Shown here piece by piece: positions 18,693 through 28,251 of a stretch of DNA of 64,000 nt (position 1 is its first letter; the number at the start of each line of letters is the position of its first letter). The notes below the pieces were generated by a model. The model worked only from the letters and a program-made list of their open reading frames with translations, was not told the origin of the DNA and ran no database searches. Source of the DNA: Desulfatiglandales bacterium. Its GTDB lineage: Bacteria > Desulfobacterota > DSM-4660 > Desulfatiglandales > Desulfatiglandaceae. The stretch covers positions 3,360,001 through 3,424,000 of the forward strand of contig OY762721.1 in assembly GCA_963666345.1 (NCBI GenBank), written 5' to 3'. The translations under genes were made by a program, and so were the position numbers.

Positions 18693-19853
18693 TTACCGAT
18701 ATCTTGAAACCAGTTCTCCGGCCTTTTCTCTGGCCCATCTGTCCGCCTCGATCACCATTTCCACATCTTCCAGTCTATGTGTGACGTGTGAGTCCATGGC
18801 CTTTTCTATAACCGCCGGTATATCGAGGAATCCTATCCGATTTTTTAAAAATGCGTCAACCGCGATTTCGTTTGCGCCGTTCAAGACGGTCTGCATGCTC
18901 CGGCCTTCGGCCGCGGCCTTCAAGGCCAGGTCAAGGCATCTGAATCTGTTCAGGTCAGGTTTTTCAAAACTGAGTGTGCCTATCTCTTCAAGATCCAGGT
19001 GGGGAAGGCCGTTGCCGTTATGGTGCGGAAAAGAAAGGGAATAAGAGATAGGGATCAACATGTCGGGAACCCCCATCTGGGCGATTATTGAACCGTCCTT
19101 GTATTCCGCCATTGAGTGTACGATGCTCTGCGGATGTATGAGTATTTCTATCTGATCCATTTTCAGGTCAAAAAGCCATTTGGCCTCGATGGTCTCAAGG
19201 CCCTTGTTCATCATTGTGGCGGAGTCTATGCTTATCTTGCGCCCCATGATCCAGTTGGGATGGTTGAGGGCCTGCTCCGGGGTAACACTTGCCATCCGTT
19301 CCAGGCTGAAGTCCCTGAAAGGGCCTCCCGAAGCGGTCAGAATTATACGAAGGAGGTCTTCTTTCGGATGACCCTGAAGTGATTGGAGTATGGCGCTGTG
19401 CTCACTGTCTATGGGGAGAACCGACACCCCCGTTTTTGCCGCCATGGCCATGACCAGATCTCCCGCCATGACCATGGTCTCTTTGTTGGCAAGGGCTATC
19501 TGCTTTCCGGCCTTTATAGCCTCGTATGTCGGCAGGAGTCCGGCTGCGCCGGTTATGGCTGATATTACGGTGTCCGCCTCATCCAGGGTGGCAAGCCTGA
19601 CAGCACCGTCACTGCCGAAATAGATGGCCGGCATTTCCTGTGTCGGGACACTCCTTTTGAGCTCCTCGGCAAGGGATTCATCCTGAACGGAGACGGCGGC
19701 AGGTCTGAATTCCCTGATCTGTCGCAAGAGCAGGTCTATATTTTTTCCCGCGGCAAGGGCCACCGCCCTGTATCTATCAGGATTATGCGCTATAATCTTA
19801 AGGGCATTTACACCGATCGAGCCGGTGGAACCCAGTAAGGTTATGTTTTTCAT
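18693..19853 (-). CDS. dxr: 1-deoxy-D-xylulose-5-phosphate reductoisomerase
   Basis: LGSTGSIG, LANKE, PIDSEHSA, LTASGGPF, HPNW.MG.KISIDSATMMNKGLE. Confidence 0.98.
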   Translation of the reverse strand: MKNITLLGSTGSIGVNALKIIAHNPDRYRAVALAAGKNIDLLLRQIREFRPAAVSVQDESLAEELKRSVPTQEMPAIYFGSDGAVRLATLDEADTVISAITGAAGLLPTYEAIKAGKQIALANKETMVMAGDLVMAMAAKTGVSVLPIDSEHSAILQSLQGHPKEDLLRIILTASGGPFRDFSLERMASVTPEQALNHPNWIMGRKISIDSATMMNKGLETIEAKWLFDLKMDQIEILIHPQSIVHSMAEYKDGSIIAQMGVPDMLIPISYSLSFPHHNGNGLPHLDLEEIGTLSFEKPDLNRFRCLDLALKAAAEGRSMQTVLNGANEIAVDAFLKNRIGFLDIPAVIEKAMDSHVTHRLEDVEMVIEADRWAREKAGELVSRYR

Positions 19854-20026
19854 TTCCTATTCTCAGTAAGGGTCCTGTAAGGGGCCCCGTGTTCAATCGG
19901 TAAAATTGATGTGTCCATAAAAAGTTATTGAGGCACAAATAGTAAGTTAATAACAGACTTCATATCCTACAAGTAAATTTGTTGCCTTTTTTTACGCCTG
20001 ATCAACCCCGGTAGGTTTCGTGTCTT

Positions 20027-20851
20027 TCACAAGAGGAAAATAATCAGGTAAAGATAAAGGATCGGGATAGAAAAAAGAAGGCCGTCGATTCTGTCCAGTA
20101 TCCCTCCATGTCCGGGAAGAATGCTGCCTGAATCCTTGAATCCGTGATTTCGCTTTATCATCGATTCGGCAAGATCACCGATCTGGGCTGAAACGGAAAG
20201 AAGTAGTATCAAAACCACCAGTGTCCAGTCTCTTCTTCCGATTGAAAACAGATGAAGGAACACAAGCCCCGCCAAAATGGAGCTTAATGTTCCGCCTATT
20301 GCGCCTGCCCAGGTTTTGCCCGGGCTTACGGCCGGATAAAGCTTCCGTTTTCCAAAGCTCCTTCCAAAATAGAACGCCCCTGTGTCGGTTGTGAAAACAA
20401 CGACAAGAAGAAAGAGTATCCACAGGTTACCCTTCGGCATAAGATCTATCAGCAACAGAAGCGAAAGTGGCAGGGCCGCATAGACAGGCCCGGTAACGAT
20501 CTTGCCCACGGCCTGAGTTCCTCCCTTATCTCCGTCCGGAGAAACAAACATGTAATAGGCAAGAGGCAGGAAGCAGATGATCGCGATAATCGCGGGAGTA
20601 ATATGGATTTGATGAATAAAATGGGAAAAGAAGAGAAGAGTCAGTAGGAAGTATACCGGCCATCTGACAAACCTTGAGTCGTCCGCAGCGGTAATCGTGT
20701 AGTACTCAGCAGTACCGATAATTGAAACGGCACATACAAGGGCGTAAAACAGCCATCTGGGTCCTGCCGTCAAAAGAAGGACCAGAACCGGTACGGCCAC
20801 AATGCCGGTAAGCCATCTTTTTATGTGAGCGGTCCTGCTATCTGATGACAT
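20027..20851 (-). CDS. cdsA: phosphatidate cytidylyltransferase
   Basis: DTGAFYFG, SPGKTW.G, GDLAESMIKR...KDSG.ILPGHGGILDRIDG. Confidence 0.96.
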   Translation of the reverse strand: MSSDSRTAHIKRWLTGIVAVPVLVLLLTAGPRWLFYALVCAVSIIGTAEYYTITAADDSRFVRWPVYFLLTLLFFSHFIHQIHITPAIIAIICFLPLAYYMFVSPDGDKGGTQAVGKIVTGPVYAALPLSLLLLIDLMPKGNLWILFLLVVVFTTDTGAFYFGRSFGKRKLYPAVSPGKTWAGAIGGTLSSILAGLVFLHLFSIGRRDWTLVVLILLLSVSAQIGDLAESMIKRNHGFKDSGSILPGHGGILDRIDGLLFSIPILYLYLIIFLL

Positions 20852-20888
20852 AGAGTGCTTTGGTACTGGATTTCAGATCAAAATATAA

Positions 20889-21296
20889 GGTTCTTCTCCA
20901 ACTTAGTTGGCGAAGAGGGTTCAAGGATCCAAGGCGTCAAGGGTTCAAGGGTTTGTTTTCTAGAGACTTTATCAGTATTTTTAACAATTTATTGATCTCT
21001 GTCTGCCTTATGTTATTTGAGGATTTTTCATTTATTCTATACCTAAAAAAAGTTTGTAGAACTTCTGCAACAGCTTTAGATTTTTGTAATGCATTAGCGG
21101 TGTTATCCGCCGTTTCAATGGAGCACTGGAATCCTTGAAACTGGGAACCCTCCCTGAGCTGGCCGAAGGGTGGGACTGAGCGAAGCGTTAGTGGAGCAAA
21201 GAATCCTCGACCCCTTCCTACGAACTCTCAGCCGCTTAAATAAGAAGGGTTTCATCGTTTAGTCCTGTTTAACACCAGCTAATCGGGAGATGATCC
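20889..21296. mobile_element. non-autonomous MITE-like insertion (408 bp)
   Basis: Imperfect 22-bp terminal inverted repeats (GGTTCTTCTCCAACTTAGTTGG vs the reverse complement of the right end, GGATCATCTCCCGATTAGCTGG; 16/22 match). The 8-bp direct repeat AAATATAA flanks it at 20881-20888 and 21297-21304. No transposase. Confidence 0.65.
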
Positions 21297-21351
21297 AAAT
21301 ATAAAAGGTTGAGACTGATATGGGGACTATACGCCTTCGCCCCGATTCCCA

Positions 21352-22077
21352 TTACTCCTCTTTTGTCGCCCCGAATCTTCTCTCCCTGTTTTGAAAGTCA
21401 CTGACCGCATCCAGCAGAGACTGCCTTCCGAATTCGGGCCACAGGCTCGGGGTGATATATATCTCAGTGTATGCTATCTGCCAAAGTAGAAAGTTGCTGA
21501 TCCTGAATTCTCCGCTCGATCGTATGAGAAGATCCGGATCGGGCATATCAGCGTTATACAGGTACCTCGAAAATGTATCCTTAGAGATATCGTCAATAAC
21601 GAGGGTCTGATTTTTCAGATCCCGGCCAATTGCCCTAACCGCGTCGATAATCTCCTGCCTTCCACCGTAACTGAGTGCCAGGGTCAGTAACAGGTCATTA
21701 TTTGAGGCGGTCTTTTCCATGGTATCATATAGGACCTGTCTGGTGTCTTCCGGGAGTTTTTCAATCCTCCCGATAGCCTGAAGTCGTATCCCATTTTCCT
21801 GCATCTCCTTGAGTTCATTTTTAAGGAAGCGCTTAAGCAGGCCCATGAGCGCCTTTATTTCCTTTGCGGGCCTTTTCCAGTTTTCCTCGGAGAAGGCATA
21901 CAGGGTCAGCCACTTGATGCCTATTTCACGACTGGTCCTGACAACTTCGCGTACCGCATCCGCGCCCTTTTGATGACCGAATATGCGATTCATCTTTTTC
22001 TTTTTTGCCCATCTACCGTTGCCGTCCATGATTATAGCGACATGCCGCGGCAGATTCTTGAGATCTATTGGGGTCAT
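21352..22077 (-). CDS. uppS: undecaprenyl diphosphate synthase
   Basis: HVAIIMDGNGRWA, YAFSEENWKRP, DLLIRSSGE.RISNFLLWQ, RRFG. Confidence 0.97.
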   Translation of the reverse strand: MTPIDLKNLPRHVAIIMDGNGRWAKKKKMNRIFGHQKGADAVREVVRTSREIGIKWLTLYAFSEENWKRPAKEIKALMGLLKRFLKNELKEMQENGIRLQAIGRIEKLPEDTRQVLYDTMEKTASNNDLLLTLALSYGGRQEIIDAVRAIGRDLKNQTLVIDDISKDTFSRYLYNADMPDPDLLIRSSGEFRISNFLLWQIAYTEIYITPSLWPEFGRQSLLDAVSDFQNRERRFGATKEE

Positions 22078-22167
22078 AGTGTACTGTTTATAAATAGTGG
22101 TCAGCCACTTTGCCCAGAGGAAAATGGGCCGGTGGATAGATTTAACTCTGTTTTCGGCAGGGGAGAG

Positions 22168-22725
22168 TTAGAACTCAATGATCTCCTTTTCCTTCTCTGA
22201 AGTAATTTCGTCGATTTTCTTGATAAAATCGTTCGTTATTTCCTGTACCTCGTCAAAAGCCCTGTGCAGGTCGTCTTCCGACAATAACTTCTCGTTTTTC
22301 ATCTCCTTGAGGTTGTCATTGGCTTCCCGCCTGTGATTTCTTATCGTGATCTTGTTTTCCTCTGCCATCCTTTTTGCCATCTTTGCAAGTTCCTTGCGCC
22401 GCTCTTCAGTCAGAGGCGGTATGGAGATCCTCAGGATCTTTCCGTCATTCATGGGAGTCAGACCAAGCTCGGATTTCAGAATGCTTTTTTCTATCTCACC
22501 GATTATGCTCAGATCCCAGGGCTGGATGGTGATGAGCCGGCTCTCGGGAACGGAAACGGAAGCTACCTGTTCGAGAGGCATCTGCGTATCATAGCAGGTC
22601 ACCTTGATTCCATCCAAGAGCGAGGTCGACGCACGTCCCGTCCTTATCCTCATGAAATCTCTCTTAAGGGCCTCTACTGTATTGTTCATCTTTGCGCGGG
22701 ATTCAGCCAGCACTTCATCCTTCAT
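22168..22725 (-). CDS. frr: ribosome recycling factor
   Basis: IRTGRAS, IQPWD, P.NDG, IPPLTEERRKEL, IRNHRR. Confidence 0.97.
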   Translation of the reverse strand: MKDEVLAESRAKMNNTVEALKRDFMRIRTGRASTSLLDGIKVTCYDTQMPLEQVASVSVPESRLITIQPWDLSIIGEIEKSILKSELGLTPMNDGKILRISIPPLTEERRKELAKMAKRMAEENKITIRNHRREANDNLKEMKNEKLLSEDDLHRAFDEVQEITNDFIKKIDEITSEKEKEIIEF

Positions 22726-23453
22726 TATTTTTCTCCTCCAATTGTAGTGCCTATCGGTTGTCCTGAAACCACCCTTTGTATATTTCCCTGAGCGAGCAGG
22801 TTAAAGACTACTATTGGCATTTCCTGATCCATTGCAAGAGAAACCGCCGTTATATCCATCACTTGCAGGTTTTTCCTGAGAACTTCCTCATAGCTCAGAG
22901 TTGAAAAGAATTTTGCAGATGGCTCCAGCTCAGGGTCGGAATCATAGACCCCGTCGACCTTTGTGGCCTTAAGCAGGACTTCGGCGCCCATTTCCATGGC
23001 CCGCAGTGCCGCCGCCGTGTCCGTGGTAAAATAGGGGTTGCCTGTGCCTGCACCGACCAGCACGATACGTGATTTTTCAAGGTGCCTGATGGCCTTCATC
23101 CTTATATAGGGTTCGGCAATCTTGATCATGTCAATTGCGGTCATGATCCTTGATTCGCAACCCAGCCTGTCAAGCGCTTCCCCAAGTGCAAGGGCGTTGA
23201 TTATGGTGGCAAGCATCCCCATGTTATCGGCCGCCGCACGGCCGACTCCGTAGGAATCGGCCTGCAGACCCCTGAAGATGTTCCCCCCGCCGATAACGAT
23301 CGCGATCTGTACTCCCATCTTGTGTACGGCGGATATCTCGGCTGCCACACGCTTGAGAACCGAGGGGTCGATCCCGTATTCGCCTTCACCCATAAGGGCC
23401 TCGCCGCTCAGCTTCAGAAGTATCCGTTGATAACGGGGGGTGAAATCACTCAT
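22725..23453 (-). CDS. pyrH: UMP kinase
   Basis: [39 protein letters not shown] at 23453 after GGAG. Confidence 0.97.
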   Translation of the reverse strand: MSDFTPRYQRILLKLSGEALMGEGEYGIDPSVLKRVAAEISAVHKMGVQIAIVIGGGNIFRGLQADSYGVGRAAADNMGMLATIINALALGEALDRLGCESRIMTAIDMIKIAEPYIRMKAIRHLEKSRIVLVGAGTGNPYFTTDTAAALRAMEMGAEVLLKATKVDGVYDSDPELEPSAKFFSTLSYEEVLRKNLQVMDITAVSLAMDQEMPIVVFNLLAQGNIQRVVSGQPIGTTIGGEK

Positions 23454-23454
23454 C

Positions 23455-24048
23455 TTATTCTCCAAGCTGATATCTTACAAATCGCCTTATCACCATCTTT
23501 TCGCCTGTCTTGGCGATCATTTCGTTCAAGAGATCCTGGATGCTGATGTCGGGATTTTTTACAAAGGCCTGTTCAAGAAGACATGACTCGGAATAGAACT
23601 TGTTGAGCTTCCCTTCCACGATCTTGTCGATGATCTTCTCCGGTTTTCCGGTTTCCCTGGCCTGGGTCGCGTAGATGTCTTTTTCCTTTTCAAGCAGTTC
23701 TGACGGTACGCCTTCCCTGTCTATGGAAACAGGATTGGTCGCCGCCACATGCATGGCAAGGTCTTTGACAAAGATGGTGAAGTCCTCTGTCTTTCCCGTG
23801 AAATCCGTTTCACAGTTTACCTCCACCATTACCCCGATCTTGCCTCCGGCATGAATATAGGACTGGATCTGTCCCTGGGAGGTAATTCTGTCATTTCTTT
23901 TCTGCGCGGTGGCTATACCCTTTTTTCTGAGATATTCAACCGATTTGTCTATGTCGCCGTCACATTCCTTTAGGGCGGTTTTGCAGTCCATTATGCCTAC
24001 GCCTGTCTTTTCTCTCAATTTCTTTATAAGCTCAGTGGTAATCGTCAC
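23455..24048 (-). CDS. tsf: elongation factor Ts (short form)
   Basis: [31 protein letters not shown]. Confidence 0.97.
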   Translation of the reverse strand: MTITTELIKKLREKTGVGIMDCKTALKECDGDIDKSVEYLRKKGIATAQKRNDRITSQGQIQSYIHAGGKIGVMVEVNCETDFTGKTEDFTIFVKDLAMHVAATNPVSIDREGVPSELLEKEKDIYATQARETGKPEKIIDKIVEGKLNKFYSESCLLEQAFVKNPDISIQDLLNEMIAKTGEKMVIRRFVRYQLGE

Positions 24049-24119
24049 CTTTGATCTCCTTCCGTTGTTAAGACGCCTTAACGATTTTTCGTATTTTCGT
24101 TATGTCTTTATTCCATTAT

Positions 24120-24145
24120 AAAAACCTGGCCCTCTGAGCCAGGTT
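24120..24145 (-). terminator. intrinsic terminator/attenuator between rpsB and tsf
   Basis: AACCTGGC-N7-GCCAGGTT stem followed by a T-run on the minus strand. Confidence 0.6.
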
Positions 24146-24151
24146 CCATTC

Positions 24152-25015
24152 TTATTCTTCCGCCTTGTCCGATTCGTCCGGTTTTTGCTCTTCAGCGGTG
24201 TTCTTCTCCTCTTTGGGAAGGATTATCACCTCCGGGCCTTCTTCCGTCGCCTCCTCTTGATCGACTTGATCGGCCTGCTGCGCGGCTTCCTGCTCCTCCC
24301 TCAGTTTCGCCTCCTGCTTCAGCCTCTCTTCGGCAAGGTTGTGACCTTCTATGCAGGCATCGGCAATCTTGGAGCAGATGAGCCTTATCGCCCTTATGGC
24401 GTCGTCATTACCGGGGATAATGTAGTCTATCTCGTCGGGGTCGCAATTGGAATCCGCGATTGCAACCACAGGGATACCAAGTTTCCTTGCCTCCCTGACG
24501 GCAATTTTTTCCTTCTTGGGGTCGACCACGAAAACCGCTCCAGGCTGCTCATCCATGTCCTTGATTCCGCCCAGGTTCCTCTCCAGTTTGAAGAGCTCCT
24601 TTTCCATCTTCAGGACCTCTTTTTTGGTGTAGCGGTTTATTGATCCGTCCTCTTTCATTTTTTCAAGTTCCTTGAGGCGGTTGATGCTCTTCTTGATTGT
24701 CTGAAAATTGGTAAGTGTCCCGCCTAGCCAGCGATTGACCACATAGAACATTCCGCATCTTTCGCTTTCTTCGACTATAGAGTCGTGACCCTGCTTTTTT
24801 GTTCCCACGAAAAGAACGGAATAACCATCTGCCACGGTCTTTGTTATGAAGTCGTAGGTTATCTTGAAAAGCCTTACCGTTTTCTGCAGGTCTATGATAT
24901 GGATTCCGTTCCTGGCCCCGAATATATAGGGTTTCATCTTCGGATTCCAGCGCCTCGTCTGATGTCCGAAATGCACACCTGATTCCAAAAGTTCCTTCAT
25001 GTTGATTACTGCCAT
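24152..25015 (-). CDS. rpsB: 30S ribosomal protein S2
   Basis: [42 protein letters not shown]; true start ATG 25015 after AAGGAG. Confidence 0.98.
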   Translation of the reverse strand: MAVINMKELLESGVHFGHQTRRWNPKMKPYIFGARNGIHIIDLQKTVRLFKITYDFITKTVADGYSVLFVGTKKQGHDSIVEESERCGMFYVVNRWLGGTLTNFQTIKKSINRLKELEKMKEDGSINRYTKKEVLKMEKELFKLERNLGGIKDMDEQPGAVFVVDPKKEKIAVREARKLGIPVVAIADSNCDPDEIDYIIPGNDDAIRAIRLICSKIADACIEGHNLAEERLKQEAKLREEQEAAQQADQVDQEEATEEGPEVIILPKEEKNTAEEQKPDESDKAEE

Positions 25016-25441
25016 AATTCTCTCCTTTTGCCTCGGTTTTTTCTTAACGCGGGATCTTGTGGACCCTGAGGGCGACAGGGCACCGGGCATTATCCCGAGT
25101 CTGATTTGGCAGGATGAAAATAGGGCCTTGAGATCATTGATTACGATTGCTATAATAACCAAGACCGTGATATTTATCATCCTGAAGGTTTAACAGCCTT
25201 CCATGACCTCTCAATAATCGGAATCGCCCTTTGAGAAGCCAAAAAACATAAGCGTATAATATAAACAATATTGTTTTGTTTTTGCAAGTAAAAAAGCTCC
25301 TTCATCTTTGTTGACAGGCCTGATGATTTAATGATTCTTCCGGTCGTTCGTCGCCGGCATATGGTTCCGTCACGGCGTGCTTTTTGGCTGCCGGGGCAAT
25401 AACGGGGCCTATTTTGAAATCAGGTCAGGGAAAAATTTGAT

Positions 25442-25696
25442 ATGAAAAATGATGTCAAAAAAGATTTGAAAAAAATGGCTAAGGAGACCCAGACAAGTAT
25501 CGTACGCTCCCTGCTGAGCTGGAAATATAAGAGGGATGGGCGGCCTGTCCCGGATGATGAAACGCTGCAAATGCAGTCCAGACAGATATCCAGGCAGGCC
25601 AACGATTTTATTCTTGGGAGGGGAAAAGGCGTCTGGAATGAGGTAAAAAAGGCATATAATGAAGGCAGAAACAGTAGCAAGGGTTCGGATAAGTGA
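25442..25696 (+). CDS. hypothetical protein (84 aa)
   Basis: ATG ORF whose stop overlaps the start of the downstream dGTPase-like gene. Confidence 0.55.
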   Translation: MKNDVKKDLKKMAKETQTSIVRSLLSWKYKRDGRPVPDDETLQMQSRQISRQANDFILGRGKGVWNEVKKAYNEGRNSSKGSDK

Positions 25697-26862
25697 AGGC
25701 TCCTGAATCCTTGATTAAGATAAGAAATGAGCTCGATTCAAGGGAGCGTGACATCCTTTCACCCTTTGCATGTCTGAGCAGTGAAGCCGTAAGGGAAACA
25801 GGGGATGATAAAAACCTGAAGGGCCACAGACAGGGCTTTTCGGTAGATGGTGACAGGATCCTTCATTCCCTTTCATACTCACGCTATATTGACAAGACTC
25901 AGGTCTTTTATCTCGTCAAAAACGACCACATTACCCACCGGGTGCTTCACGTCCAATTCGTATCCAAGATAGCCAGAACAATAGGCCGTCTTTTGAGGCT
26001 GAACGAAGACCTGATCGAGGCGATCGCGCTGGGGCATGATATCGGCCATACCCCTTTCGGACATGACGGCGAGAAGATATTGTCGTCTCTTTGCATTGAC
26101 CATGGTATCGGATTTTTTCTTCACAATATTCAGAGTGTCAGGTTTCTGCAGGATATAGAAAGAAAGGGGAAGGGATGGAACCTCACCCTTCAGGTGCTTG
26201 ACGGGATACTGTCCCATGACGGGGAGATCTATTCGCAGGCGCTGGAGCCCCAGAGGCCGAAGGATTTCAGATCGTTAAAGCACGAAATGAGGCGTAAGGG
26301 AGAGGATAAGGACTATGCAATAAGGCCCATGACCCTTGAGGGATGCGTGGTCAGGATGTCCGATACCATAAGTTACATCGGAAGAGATATCGAAGACGCC
26401 ATAAGACTGGGTGTAATTAAGAGGGAGGATATCCCGGATGAATGCTCAAGGGTCCTGGGAAATACAAACGGAACGATCGTATACACGCTTGTGGAGGATC
26501 TCGTGACCAGCAGTCTTGATGTGCCCTATGTCAGTTTCAGCAGCAAGGTGGGCGATTCCCTAAAACAGCTGAAAGAGTTCAATGAAGAGAGAATATACAA
26601 AAACCATAAGGTAAAGGAGCAGATAGGCAAGATTACCCTTATGTTTAACCTCCTTTTTGAAAAATATTTTCAGGACCTTGAGCAGGGAAATGAGAATTCC
26701 GGCATATATACGGATTTTCTTGAAGGTATGAGCGACAGTTACCTTGAAGGAAGAAGATCACCTGAAATAGTTCGTGACTTTATTGCCGGAATGACAGATG
26801 AGTATTTCCTGAAACAGTGCTACAAACACCTTGTCCCGCAAATTAAACAAAACCTTTTCTAG
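25693..26862 (+). CDS. dgt: deoxyguanosinetriphosphate triphosphohydrolase-like HD protein
   Basis: D.DRILHS...KTQVF, THR.LH, GHDIGHTPFGH.GE, D.ISYIGRDIEDA, RDFIAGMTD. Confidence 0.85.
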   Translation: MKAPESLIKIRNELDSRERDILSPFACLSSEAVRETGDDKNLKGHRQGFSVDGDRILHSLSYSRYIDKTQVFYLVKNDHITHRVLHVQFVSKIARTIGRLLRLNEDLIEAIALGHDIGHTPFGHDGEKILSSLCIDHGIGFFLHNIQSVRFLQDIERKGKGWNLTLQVLDGILSHDGEIYSQALEPQRPKDFRSLKHEMRRKGEDKDYAIRPMTLEGCVVRMSDTISYIGRDIEDAIRLGVIKREDIPDECSRVLGNTNGTIVYTLVEDLVTSSLDVPYVSFSSKVGDSLKQLKEFNEERIYKNHKVKEQIGKITLMFNLLFEKYFQDLEQGNENSGIYTDFLEGMSDSYLEGRRSPEIVRDFIAGMTDEYFLKQCYKHLVPQIKQNLF

Positions 26863-26917
26863 CTTAAAATCAACGGCTTAATATCTATAGAGACAATTAG
26901 CGTCAGTTATAATGCTA

Positions 26918-26942
26918 TTTTGTGAAGCAGTGCTTTACAAAA
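26918..26942. promoter_or_regulatory. 25-bp palindrome upstream of the ABC/acyl-CoA operon
   Basis: TTTTGTGAAGCA-G-TGCTTTACAAAA (one mismatch), 4 bp before a TTGACA at 26947. Confidence 0.45.
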
Positions 26943-27430
26943 CTATTTGACAAACAGTATTCAAGCGAGTAAATGTATAGGCGCTAAATAGAAGTTAATA
27001 ATGATATCCAAATAACCATCCAAATCCCTTTCATATCAATAGAGATATTTGCGCCGGGTTCTATAGAAGTTTTAGTATATTTTGCAGAATTAGATCGGCG
27101 AACAGCTTTAAAAAAACGGGGTTAGGCCGCATTTTTCCCATTCCATATTCTGGACAGGCCGTAAAATTCATTACCCTTTTACATGATTCAAGATTCTTGA
27201 TCGGCGGTTTTCTAGTTGCGTTCCCAGGTTATGCCGCCTGACCTGCTCTCATCCGGGTTCGTTCAAAATCCCATACGTATATTTTCCCAAAAGGGATAAG
27301 AATATTTAGAAACCAGAAGATGGCTTTTCAACAAACGCTATTGTCTGGATAGTATCCCTTTCGGGCTGATTGGTTTTTTCCTTATTGATCGCTGATTTTG
27401 TAAGAAAAGCTGAGCAATGGAGGCAGTTAT

Positions 27431-28243
27431 ATGGCAGATCTAAAAGAAGGCGACACAATACTTGAGCTTGAAGATGTCCACATGTTTTTCGGAAAAGTGG
27501 CGGCTCTTGCCGGGGTCAGCCTTGAGGTAAAAAAGGGAGAGATCCATTCAATCATCGGTCCGAACGGGGCGGGCAAGACCGTAATGATGAATTGCATAAA
27601 CGGCCTTTACAGACCTCAGAAAGGAAGCATCTATTACAAGGGTGAAAAAATAAACGATCTGAAGCCGCACCGCAGGGCCGCGATGGGGATATCGAGGACC
27701 TTTCAGAAGATAGAATTGTTCGGCGGCATGACGGTGCTGGACAATATCAGACTCGGCAGACATGTCCATCTTAAAACCGGGATCGTAAGCGGTTCAATCT
27801 ATGTGGGAAAGACAAAGAGGGAAGAACTGGAGAGCAGAAAATTTATCGAGGAGGAGATCATAGATCTTTTGGAGATAGAGAGCATAAGAGACAAGACCGT
27901 TCATATGCTTCCCTATGGAATGCAGAAAAGGGTTGAACTGGGAAGGGCCCTGGCATTGAATCCGGAATTGCTGCTGCTTGATGAACCGCTGGCAGGACTC
28001 AACCTGGAGGAGGTCGAGGATATGGCCCGATTCATACTTGATCTCAACGAGGAGAAGAGGTGGAAGGTTACCTGTATCCTTGTTGAACATGATATGGGAG
28101 TCGTAATGGACATCTCCCACAATGTTTTTGTCCTGAATTTCGGAAATAAGATTATGGACGGGAAACCTGAGGATGTCCAGAGAAACCCGGAGGTGATCAA
28201 GGCCTACCTGGGTGAAGAGGATTTGTACTCTACAAGGAGGTAA
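27431..28243 (+). CDS. LIV-family ABC transporter ATP-binding protein (LivG-like)
   Basis: GPNGAGKT, RTFQ, LPYGMQKRVELGRAL, LLLDEP, VEHDM, VIKAYLG. Confidence 0.93.
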   Translation: MADLKEGDTILELEDVHMFFGKVAALAGVSLEVKKGEIHSIIGPNGAGKTVMMNCINGLYRPQKGSIYYKGEKINDLKPHRRAAMGISRTFQKIELFGGMTVLDNIRLGRHVHLKTGIVSGSIYVGKTKREELESRKFIEEEIIDLLEIESIRDKTVHMLPYGMQKRVELGRALALNPELLLLDEPLAGLNLEEVEDMARFILDLNEEKRWKVTCILVEHDMGVVMDISHNVFVLNFGNKIMDGKPEDVQRNPEVIKAYLGEEDLYSTRR

Positions 28244-28251
28244 AGGCGGAA

